NCBI GenBank assembly: GCA_021613535.1
Contig: CP075497.1
Coordinates: 13,764,001-13,828,000 of the forward strand
Length of the DNA stretch: 64,000 nt
Direction of reading: 5' to 3'
Source: Adineta vaga
Lineage: Eukaryota; Animalia; Rotifera
Part shown: piece after piece, positions 49,930-61,009 of the stretch
Layout of the letters: each line of letters begins with the position of its first letter
Position numbering within the stretch: position 1 is the stretch's first letter
Translations under genes and position numbers: made by a program
The notes under the pieces: generated by a model
Told to the model about the DNA's origin: nothing
Seen by the model: only the letters and a program-made list of their open reading frames with translations
The model's database searches: none

Positions 49930-52900
49930 AATATGAGGAAGAATAGAAATATCAGTTTCTGGTCCACTCTCATCCTCATCCTATGTGTAAAATGACAGAA
50001 TCTTTTAATGTCAAAGACTTCAATCATTTCCAAATTTCATTAAATGACTTGTATTTGATCCAACAATTAATCCATCAGATTTGCATTCGTTGTTTTCATC
50101 AAGATAATAACAACCAGATGTAAAGATTCTCAACTGATAATTAGATCTAAATTGTAATGATTCATTTGAAGTTAATTCTCGTAAACCAATAATTAATGTT
50201 TGATGATTTATTGTTTTTTGATTATCAATGAAATGAATGTGAGTTTTATTTGAAGGACAAAATAAATTCCATCCATCAATTTGATTTAATTGCGGAATTT
50301 GATCAAATTTATAAATAATTAAATAGGATAAATTCATATTTAATGATTGAAATTGATAATTGAGATGTTATATTAACAAAATGATAATGAAATGTTTGAT
50401 TATGAGGAGTAGAATTAAAGGATCATTGGGGGAATAGAATAATTGGGATCTTGTGGAATGATGAATCGAATTGAATGTTTAGTTGGGGTTTTGATGGAAA
50501 TTTCATTTCCATTTTGATCAGGAAAAGTTAAAGAAATCGTTCTATCACTGTTCGAAAAGAAATTATTGAATTGTTTGATAAAGATAAATTGAAATTCGAT
50601 GTAAAATAAATATCTACTCCTCCAATTTATTTTCTTTGTTTATTGATAAGTGATTGAATTGAGATAGTTTTCAATAATACAAATATTTCTAGAAATATCA
50701 ATCAATGTCATATTTTGACCAATATTTAATGATTTTGTAACTAAATCGATGATTTGATTAATTTCATTTGTGTAAGAATCAAAGGTCCAAAAAAAACATT
50801 TTTTCTAAAATCGTCTTAAACATTAAATACTCATAATAGGATGTCGGTGTGAGTTTGATAGAATCGATTTTTTAGAAAAAATTCGGTTTTCTCTTCGGAA
50901 AAATTAAGAAATAGTTAAGTCGTTTCTTCGTCTCACTTTTGAGATACGCAGAAAATACTTGTTTTCTGATTACAAAGAAATAAAATGATTTACTTAAATT
51001 TGACCAATCAGAATCTAAATCTGTATCATAATCATCTCGTATTTTTGTTGAACTATCAATATCTGATTTTAGTACATTTGTACGTTGTTGTAAAACTTGA
51101 TTAATACTCTATAATATTTATAAAAAGAGATGACAAAATAGAATTTATTTTAAATTACTTACAGTAAAAACATTAGCAGCACATTGAACATCTTCATAAG
51201 GAATTTTTGTTGAAAGAAAATGAAGAGTTTTCGGCAATCGACAACATTTATTTGAAACAATCGTCTATGTTAGAAAAATAAATTTCATAAAAGAATTTTT
51301 CGAATGAAAAGTTTGATTTTGTTTCAATGATGAAACGGAGATTTGTGTTTGGGGAATTTCACTTTTCATTGCTTTATCAAAATTTTCTCTATTAATTTCA
51401 TTTAATTCTTTCGAAATAGAATTAATAATCTGTTCAATAGAATTTTGATCTTTAGTTAGAGATAATTCGTTCAATAAATAATTTGTTTGTGTTGATAAAA
51501 CAGAAATCGATGATGAAATATTAAATTCATTAAATCACGAATTTGAACGAGAAGATTTAAATTTCCACGAGGAAATCGAACCGTAAAATTCATTGCACTG
51601 ATATTTGTTTCATATGAATTGATTTGAGAAAATAAAATCCATTGAATCTTTTTATTTAAAGAACATTTTCCATGACAGTAGGAATACAATGCAACTTGAG
51701 TTGTAGGATTTATTAAGTGATATTCAACATTTGGTAAAGAAAGTGTTGAAATAACACATCTAAATAAGAAAATGAAAGAGGATATTATTTTTTCAATTGT
51801 CAATAGAGAGGTTCATCGTGGTTAAAAATATGCCACGTCACAATGAAAGTTTTAGCGAATTCTGTTTTTTCAAGACTCCGAGCCATAGAAATCTAAGTTG
51901 TTACTACTATTTCAAGAAGAAGTCAAAGGGAAACGTATAGGTTAGGCATCGTCAGCACCTATCATAGGTTTCAGGTGCTGAAATGCCCGCACTTTTCTCC
52001 TTAGAAGAAGTTCATCAAGTCTCACACACTAGAATACATCATCATTGAAATTATGTGTGACTTTATAAGTTTAAAAGTACCGCTATCGACGCTATGAACA
52101 TCTGTGACTGTCAATGACTTACCCAGTAATAATCATTGATTTATTTAAATCTTTAATTTGTATAAGAACATAACCAATTGCATAAATTGAAGAATTTTGC
52201 CGATTATTCATTTGAATCATAAATTGATATGTTTCATCTAATTGAAGTGATTGACGAAAGATTTTTATTGAAGATTCTTTTGGATATTGCATTCCATTAT
52301 ATTCGAAATTAGTTTTATTTAATAAACATGATAAATCTGAGGAGTCATTTAATGATTGAGAATTTGGGATAATGAAATCTCCATGATGATCATAAACACC
52401 ATAAATTTGACAATAATATCTATAAATCCAATCCTTTATTTATAAATAAAACATACGGTTGAATTAAATGGATATCCATCAGGATCATTTGAATAATTTC
52501 CTGGATTTAAATAAAGATCTTGTTGATATCCAGAGGTAATCATTGATGTTCCTAATGGAACAAGATTTACTGTAATTCCTGTTGGATTTACTTGAATATA
52601 AACTGATTTTGAACAATTTAATTTAATAATTGATAAAATATAAAAATCACGATTTCGACGTATTTGAATTGGAGATAAGAACGTTGATTCTGGGATTAAT
52701 CGAATTTGAGGATATTGACATTTTGCTTTTATTCAAATATCAAATTAGAAAAATCACATTTTCAATTGAATGATGAAATTTTTACCTTGATTTTTAAAAG
52801 AAATTGTTAAGATTTGTTCTGTTGGCGAAGGAAAAGTTACTTGATCTATTATTTAAAAAGAGAAATAAACTTTCTTCATTCATTTGTTTTTACTTACGAC

Positions 52901-53560
52901 ATGAATCTTTTTCAAAAAGAAATTTTTGAGTTCGATGATTTCCAAAATCATTGACATACATATTTCTATCAACATCGAAACTAAGAACAGATGGATTATT
53001 TAATTGATGAGCTTGTGAACCTTCTCCATCACATCCAACTAAACATCGAAAACCATTTTGATCTGATCCAATTATACGATGATTTCCAAAATTCACAATA
53101 AAAAGATATTTATCAGCATCTAGAAAAATTTGAGTTGGCCCAACAAGTGTAATTGTAATATTAGAAGATGCATTTCCTGCTTTTGTTATTCCATTTAAAT
53201 TACCAAATTCAAATAATTGAATACGGTCATTTCGAAAATCTGCCACATATAAATCAAAATTATCGTCAACAAAGATTCCACGTGGATACGCAAATTGATT
53301 CGAAGCAGAACCTTGAGTACCATTTCCAGCAATAACTGTTGTATTTATTTCAACATTATTTAACCATCTTTTCACTACTTTATGTTGACTGAGAAGTGCA
53401 CAATATAAAGAATTCTTTTGATCAACAAAAAGACCAGAACAATATGATTTAACATTCATGACATTGATAAACTTGATCGTTCAATCCACTATTAATAAAA
53501 ATATCTCCAAGGTTTGTAACAAAGATCGACCATGGATTTGAAAAGTGTCCTGAAATAAAT
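49930..53560 (-). pseudogene. NHL-repeat + REJ/GPS polycystin-1-like (PKD1L/PKDREJ-like) pseudogene
   Basis: NHL repeats at 52890-53459 (PRGIFVDDNFDLYVADFRNDRIQLF), REJ-like pieces, and a GPS-like LRIFTSGCYYLDENNECKSDGLIVG; many frameshifts and deletions. Confidence 0.7.
51804..52106. mobile_element. hAT-like MITE with 8-bp TSD, intronic
   Basis: Imperfect TIRs TAGAGAGGTTCAT/ATGAACATCTGTG, flanked by ATTGTCAA (51796-51803) and ACTGTCAA (52107-52114). Confidence 0.7.
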
Positions 53561-54068
53561 AGAAATATTTGATTTATTTTCCTCGCAATGATTGGATATT
53601 ACTTAAAGTTTGATCAATGAAAATAAATAGAAAAAAAAATCGATTTTTTCATTAAAATAATAAAGTGTGAATGTTTCTACAGAAAAATTCTGGTAGAACT
53701 GAATGGAAAGTATTATCATCAATAAATTTGAATTTTTGTTTGAATTTCTATTTAATCACGTTTTAAATATTTGTAATTAAAATCAACAATTTCTCTCTTA
53801 GAGGTATTTTTTAACTAATTAATTTTATCAAATAAAACAATTCAAATGAGATTAGAAAATATCTTTCAAAACTGATTTAATTATTTGAATTTGTAATCAA
53901 TCAAAAAAAAGAGAAAAAGTCACAAATGTTGATTCTTTGTCTTTTTTAAAAAAGATATTTGATATCCATATAATCAATGAACGTGATTTAAAATCGGAAT
54001 AGAATAATGTTCCTTACAACTTATATACAATTTATCTAAATTGAAGGAAGTCAGTGGAATAGTTCTGA

Positions 54069-54893
54069 TTATGTATTGCTTGCACTGATATATGGTATCG
54101 ATTCAAATTCTAATACACAACCAATATGTGATTGAGTATCAGCTACAATACGTCCATTTTCTTTATGGTATTCTATATTGCCTTTGGCAAGCGCACTGAT
54201 TAGTTTATCCATCGAATCGATACCGAACGTTAATTTGTATATACCTAATGAGTCAATATTTCTAACAGTCAATATGATTTGAAAATTTTTGAGATGAAGA
54301 ATGTAACGATTTGCTTCGGTGCCAACTAGTTTATCAATATCCATATCGAGCAGAAATACTTGAGCCGCACTGGGCGGATCAATTACGTTGATATGAAGTT
54401 GAGTCATAGCAGTGCAACCGTTCGGATGCATCTGCCATTCAGGACGCCAAACAAGCTCTGGATTTAAATGTTGACAATAACTGATACCAGTACCAGGAAC
54501 GGGAGTAGATTCCAAACGGGTTACACGAAATGCGGCATTTCCAATTAGGGCATCGTTTAAATTAACCGGACGTGACAAGGCTAATATCGGTATAGTAGAT
54601 AAACCACGTGCAGTGAGCGTAGTTTTCACTTCATCAACATCATGTGCTTTTATTGTCATAGTTATTAATCATGCAGGCAACTACTCCAGTCTCAGACGCT
54701 TTTCGTATGGCGTGTCCTCTGTATATCCACATAGTTCCAGATAATCAGTTTAGAAAACTATAGTATGATTGATCGTACCGACTGTATGACAGCCACGTGG
54801 AGTTATAATAAAACCCATACGTTGAAAATATGCTGCTACCTGATCAAGTCAATTCCGCGTATTGAGAATAATGTGATCAATGCGATTCATCAT
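54069..54893 (-). pseudogene. Bacterial-type glyoxalase-like (VOC, Glyoxalase_3) pseudogene
   Basis: One frame from ATG 54893/54890: MNRIDHIILNTRN*LDQVAAYFQRMGFIITPRGCHTVGTINHTIVF*TDYLELCG...E*LPA*L, continuing to CQHLNPELVWRPEWQMHPNG. Four in-frame stops, no introns. Confidence 0.8.
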
Positions 54894-56047
54894 AATTTAT
54901 TATTATCGAAATCTATAAAAAAATTCTTTACTTTTATTTATAGTTCAATACTTTCCTTGTCAGTCTACATACCGTATATGAAATACATTCGTGATATATA
55001 AACTATCTTTCAGTAATGATGAAGAAAAATAAGCACATGGTTAGGTAAAAAGTAGTATACGTGAAATTATTTTCTTATCTTGAAAATAACTGTCACTACT
55101 AACAAACACCATCTGACAACAGATATAAGCCAACCATCTAAAGTTACTGAATCATGTATGAACAATAAAACATGAGAGCTAATAGTATCTTCTGCCTAAT
55201 AGACAATGATCATGGCATTGAATTTTTTAGCAACATCATGATTGCATTCATACCTTTTATGTTAATAATAGATTGTCAAGAACGACACAGTCAGTATTGT
55301 TGTTGATACATAGAAGAAAAGTGACGTTTACAAGCACCTTTTTCAGTCCTCCACAAACGTAATACTATTGTTTTATAACAGATAAGAAAGATTCTGTTAC
55401 ATCTTGAGAAGTAGATGTATGGGTGTTAGTATTATATTGTTCGTAGATCGCACCCAAACCTTTGTTAGAACTAGAAACTGTTAAATGATAGTACGCATAT
55501 ATAAAATACAAACTATATGCTACATGTTTTACTAGTATCAATTTACTCGTGTATTCTATGATAATCAAAACTGATCTTTTACAAAATTCCCGTGCTTACT
55601 GGACATTGCATGGTACATGGATGTGGATGATGGTGAGGATACAAAAACAACCACATTCACTCTCACCCTCGATTATGTGTTTCTTTCAAATGTTTATCTT
55701 CTAGAATATTTATTTAATAATTATGATAAAAAATTGTTAATTTTTGTTTATTATATTATTCGTATTAAAGACCACGTTTTTCTTGTTCTGTTTTTAAAAA
55801 CTTCTCTTATTTGTCTTCATGTATCATTTCTTTTCCGTGAATAATTTCATTGCAAGTTCGACGTGTTTCTATGTTCATCTTTTGCATATTTTTTCATTTT
55901 CTTTTCGTAGTATTTCAATGATTTATTCGTTTTTTCCCTCCATTCTGTAAGAATAATATGCTGCATCAAAGTTAAAACTTTCATAAGATGTTTTATTCAT
56001 TACAAATCTTTTTTTAACATCAGAAAATCATTCCGAGCATAGGAAAA

Positions 56048-56497
56048 TCAATCAGATTGTTGCCAACATTTTCTTTCTTCAATACCAAATTTACCATTTA
56101 ATTTAGCTTTAGTGTAAAAATCTTTGATAGCCCAATCTCTTGATTCGCTTCGACTTTTCTTTGTTGCTTTACCCCAGATCGTTTCTGATATTGATGGACA
56201 TCGAAGTTTTGTAACCCATACCCATTCCCATCCTGAGAAACGTCCTTTTTGATAAAAATCACATTTAGCGTTACATACCAACATCGACTGGTTTTTACCC
56301 CAGTTTCTATTTTCATTATAACTATTACAGAATGCATCAAGACATTGTTGAGGATTCTCGTGAGAAAGAGTATCCGTGCAAGATCTCAATAGATGACCTG
56401 GATGAAGTTTTGAATTCAAAGTAAAATGTTGACTGGAACTAGTGTAGAACAGAATAAGAGTTAAATAAAAGCCAAACCAAATCGTCGAACTCTGCAT
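56048..56497 (-). CDS. Secreted anti-lipopolysaccharide factor (ALF)-like protein
   Basis: Signal peptide, then a C-x20-C-P loop (CDFYQKGRFSGWEWVWVTKLRCP) followed by IWGKATKKSRS...AIKDFYTKAKLNG...EE...W. A (TA)n TATA-like run lies just upstream. Alternative ATG at 56521. Confidence 0.75.
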   Translation of the reverse strand: MQSSTIWFGFYLTLILFYTSSSQHFTLNSKLHPGHLLRSCTDTLSHENPQQCLDAFCNSYNENRNWGKNQSMLVCNAKCDFYQKGRFSGWEWVWVTKLRCPSISETIWGKATKKSRSESRDWAIKDFYTKAKLNGKFGIEERKCWQQSD

Positions 56498-56674
56498 GTT
56501 TAACGATTGTAAAGAAATCATTTGTATATATATATATATATATACTCATATTCAAAACAAACATGATCGATCGTATTATTTTCAATGATTTAGATAAGAA
56601 TGGAGACGAAATAAGATATTTATTAAGAAAAGTACTTCCTATTTTATATACAATTATTTGATTAAAGAACAAAT

Positions 56675-58134
56675 TTAAAAATTGTTAGTTTCAACTAAAT
56701 CATATTGAGTTTGTATAAAAGGTTGAGAACTTGGTTGGAGTGGACTTGAAATAGGAATTTCTTCAAATGAATAATTACGAATTCTCATTTGAGTTCTTCT
56801 ACAATTAAATCGATAAATAATTATTATAAAACCAATAGATATAACTATAATTGAAATAATTATTATCATTTTTAACATATTTGAATCAATTTTATTATTC
56901 AACATTACAACTTTTGTCGTTTCTTCCATAGTTACTGTTGTTGATATATATGTAATTTCAGGAGTTAGATTGATCTCCAAATCTAAAGAACATAATGATC
57001 ATTGAATTGAACGAAATAAAAGTAAGAATTTCTAAATATACCTTCTGTATTACAATAATTAGTTTCACAACAATTGATACGACCTTGAAAAGTAATATCA
57101 CGATATGAAACAATACCAAAAGGTTGATTTTGGCAGTTTTCAACAAATGTTAATATAGTAAAAGATGGATAAGTAATATTTCGATTATTATCATATCCTG
57201 TCAAACCAATAATTGTCTGAAAATAATTATATTTTAAAGAAAAGAATCTTTGAAATAACGTACAGCACATGATTCTGAAGGATTTTATGATTTAAATTTA
57301 TAAATATTATCTTCGATTGAATCATTAATACGTGAATCATAAACATAACAATTCAGACCATTTCCATGCGATAAAAATTGTTGATTACAATTCCAAGAAT
57401 AACAACATGATGAATTAATTGTTATCACAGCTTCAATTCGACTGTGTGGTTCGGAATCTAAACCAGGTGAACATTTCTTCTGATAAGATTTATATACGTC
57501 AACTTCAGTTTGGGGTTGGATCGACTAAAATTGAATTATTGATAACAAAAAAAGAGATATTTATTTGAATTTACTAACCGAACATGATTCAATAGCGCTA
57601 CTACGATATGCAATACGAATTTTATCATCACATTTATTATCAGGTGATGAACAATGACCAACAAGACATGTTAAATTAGTAAAAGCAGGTAATGGAGGTG
57701 AAGGAAGAGAATTACAAAGATTATCTTTACAACAATATTGAGATGAAGAACTTTGACGAGTATTGGAAAGTATCATGTCACGAGTTATCAGACTTTCTGG
57801 ACTTATACTTATCTAAATTATATATAAAATAATAAATTTAATAATTGTCTTACATACTTACTGAACATGAATATAAAGTTTCATGACCAGATTTAAAAAG
57901 ATGTTCTGTATTATTATTATTTAATCTTGATGAAAATAAAATTCCACATTCTGGTCCCTCATTACACGTATAGCATTGAAGGATTCGACCTTGATAGATG
58001 CCTCTTTCAATAGTCATTTTGATTGCTTGAAAAAAAAATACATATCGAAATAATTGATTTGTGAAATGATATTACTTATTGTGAACTATTATTAAATAAA
58101 TTATATGTATTCTTATTGTAATTAAATATGACAT
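56675..58134 (-). CDS. Type I membrane protein with about three Ly6/uPAR (three-finger)-like domains, multi-exon
   Basis: Domain starts CYTC, LTCLVG and LNCYV; domain ends CCKDNLCN, CCYSWNCN and CCETNYCN; then a Thr-rich stalk and TM IIIISIIVISIGFIIIIY. Confidence 0.7.
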
Positions 58135-59006
58135 AAATGAATAAATAATCTTCTTTTATATACATAACGATTTTCCTTTTCTTTTCTTACGCTTTATAAA
58201 ATTCATCAAGAACGAATGCATAAAGGTCAAAATAAGAAAAAGTGTTCTTTTTCGAAACAATGTACATTTATATAAAAGATAAGAAAAGAAAAAAAGAAAC
58301 TTGTGTGATTGAATAAACGTACTAGAATTTTTTTTATCTTAAAATTGATTGAAATGAATTAATTTTCAATTGTTTGTTCAGCATTAACATGTTTTAAACA
58401 GTTTTACGATAACAAAGTCGAAAGTGGACATAGTAGCCAGTCTTACATTCTACACTAAAGAAGGATTATTGCAAACAAAACTACATGTTTCATCTCTACA
58501 ACCCTATATCGAAACGAATCCAAGCGATGTCATAATGGACGAGTGCCGTCTTTAAAAACATTTCGAGATTTGCATTTTAAATTTCACCAATATTTACATG
58601 ATAATATCTCCTCTGCAGTCCGATATCAATTTTTTGTAGTAACCAGTAAAATTGCAAATCTAGATGCGTTTTTCTCCTCTTTGTGTTACTTATTCGCTTA
58701 AATTCCACTTTATTGTTATTTTTATCACGGTTATCTTCAGTCACTCTTTCTGTTTTTCATTTGCATTTGCTTCTCAAGATATTATTGTGCAAAACGATTC
58801 ATCATTTATTTCAAATGAATAAAATCATAATTGCAACCAATGTTAATTTTTGTTAAAGGGTATGGGTGAGCGTGATAGTCGCATCATTATTCTGTCGATT
58901 CCAACAGCCTTAAATTTCTACATATGTTTTATTTTAGTTTTCGATATTTTTAATTGCGGCGTTATTAGGAGGAATCAGAATACAGCTTATTGGCATAATA
59001 ATAATG

Positions 59007-60240
59007 TCAGCTGATTCGCCCATCGCGTTGTTGTAACTTTTCTTGAACAGTCCCCGAAATACCATTTCCATAGAACAGATTCAACTGCTTCATTTTCTGG
59101 AAAAGAATGAAACAAAAACTAAAGAAATGCATAGAGAATAAAACTCACCGTATTATTTCGGAGAGCATCAGCGAGATGTTGTGCACCAATATCTTCAATT
59201 TGATTCTCTGTTAGATGCAGCACTATGAGTCCCTGTATATGTTGCAGAAAACAGAGATGAGAAAACCTTTCAGCGCAATCCCTAACGGGATAAAAAGTGT
59301 GAGACACGATTATGCTGAACACCTTATCAATCCAATATCTGCTATGATTTCTGATAAAACCCTATAGAGTTCTTAAGTAGATGATTCAACGGTTTTTCTC
59401 TTTAAAATTAGTATAAAAAAGCGCGGAGAGAGAGAAGGAGGCAACGAGGGAGGTGGTAAATTACTGGCACGCGTTCTCATCTATTTCGCTTCGTTATGGT
59501 TGAGGCTTATGATCTGTTGCCAACGTGTATCTATTACGGTCTGTGATTCTATTTTGGCTATACTGCCATGGTCTGTTGTGCTATTTGGTCGTTCTGTCAC
59601 TGTCTGTGAGCGGATTTTTGCGAGCCTGTAGTGCCACGTCTGCACGTCTGTAACGGTTTCTGATTTTTTTGTGAATCGTGTCTGTCATGTTAGTGATCTT
59701 CTAAAATCAAATATCACGGTTTGTGAACCCGATCTATCACGGTCTGCGAGAGGATTTTGATCCCTCTGTCACGGTCTGTGGAGGGAACGGGGGATGGGTG
59801 AAAATTTCTACCTATAAACACTTCAGCATTCTCTTTCAGGTTGTGTTTCACAAAAGTGGAAAGAGACTAAAACTCACCATATTATTTCGTAGGGCATCAG
59901 CTAGATCTTGTGCACTAACATCTCCGATTTGATTATCTTTTAGATCCAGCACCATGAGTCTCTGTATATGCCGTCGAAAATAGAGATGAGAAAAGTAGGA
60001 AGAGACTAAAGCTCACCGTATTCTTTCCCAGGGCATCAGCGAGATATTCTGTGCCATTAGGGCCAATCTGATTGTCTGTAAGATCCAATGTAGTGAGTGG
60101 CTACATGTATGGTAGTCAAGCAGAGATGAAGAAAGTGAGAAAAGAGTAGAGCTCACCGTATTATTTCGTAGAGCATCCGCGAGATATTGTGCACCGACGT
60201 CTCCAATTTGATTGCCTGCATGCTTCAATGTGTTGAGTAC
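59007..60240 (-). pseudogene. 3' end of an RI-like/NLRC3-like leucine-rich-repeat gene; upstream part replaced by the retroelement
   Basis: Four 84-bp phase-0 exons (60157-60240, 60017-60100, 59878-59961, 59149-59232) each encoding LxxLxLxxNQIGxxGAQxLADALRNN, plus a terminal exon 59007-59096. Confidence 0.85.
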
Positions 60241-60252
60241 CTACATGTATCT

Positions 60253-60274
60253 TGAGGGTGTGGGTGTGGGTGTG
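60253..60274 (+). repeat. Telomere-type tract TGAGGG(TGTGGG)2TGTG
   Basis: Directly visible at the junction between the LRR intron and the retroelement 3' end. Confidence 0.88.
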
Positions 60275-60288
60275 TTTGAACAAATAAA

Positions 60289-60337
60289 TACCATAACCAG
60301 TTTCAACTTATTTTCATAAGTCGATCATCAGATGGTA
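60289..60337 (-). ncRNA. Hammerhead ribozyme-like motif in the Athena 3' repeat
   Basis: Minus strand: TACCAT-CTGATGA-TCGACTTAT-GAAA-ATAAGTT-GAAA-CTGG-TT-ATGGTA. Confidence 0.75.
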
Positions 60338-60469
60338 TAAGAAATCTACATGGTTAAGATGAAATTCCAAATTAAATTAAAACGACTATTTCCCAGTAAA
60401 GAGAAATAATCTCTCAATATTAATTTCAAATTAAATCTAATATGAAGTAGATAATTTAAATGATTCAAA

Positions 60470-60543
60470 GGGTGAGTTTGAACAAATAAATACCATAACC
60501 AGTTTTCAATACTTGTTGAAAGTATCAAAATCATCAAGAGGTA
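60470..60543 (-). repeat. Second, degenerate copy of the hammerhead-containing terminal repeat
   Basis: GTTTGAACAAATAAATACCATAACCAGTTT is repeated from 60274-60303; the core reads TTGATGA...GAAAAC. Confidence 0.7.
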
Positions 60544-61009
60544 AAATAGAAAAATATGCATAAAAATCATTTTAAGAATTAGATTTAAAGTTCAAAAGAA
60601 AACTTTAAAAATAATTACATAAATTAAATTTTAAAAATTCTGATTGATGAATGGTTTCAGAAATAGAGTAAATGAAAGGAATAGAATTGTTTGAAGAATT
60701 GACGTAGAATTTGAGAGATTTCGTTTGTAGATTACAGCGATATAAAATAAATAATGTTGTTTTTGTGGAGTATATTATTGAATATGTTTGTAAATCTAGA
60801 ATGGCAATTGATTTTAAAGTAAGAATTTATGTGAGAATTATTTTTCTGTAAGAAAAAAAGGAAATTTCTCGAATATTTTCATGCAAAGTAGATTAGTCTG
60901 TTTTGATGAGGAATGATTTTGTTTGTAAAATGAGTTTTGAATTGTTTCTTTTTAAACGGATTAAGTCGATACTCTTGGTTTTATGTGATGACACCGTGTT
61001 TCTATCGGA

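Noticed and set aside
45455-54893. Bacterial contamination as the source of the FG-GAP, NHL and glyoxalase sequences
   Set aside because: They are interleaved with spliced genes and eukaryotic transposons, have host-like AT content, and some carry splice sites or decay.
58857-58875. AGGGTATGGGTGAGCGTG telomere-like motif
   Set aside because: Degenerate and not followed by a ribozyme core; cannot be distinguished from chance.
59480-59800. Intronic block with repeated (CAC)GGTCTG motifs
   Set aside because: Probably a transposon subterminal remnant, but no TIR pair or TSD could be defined.
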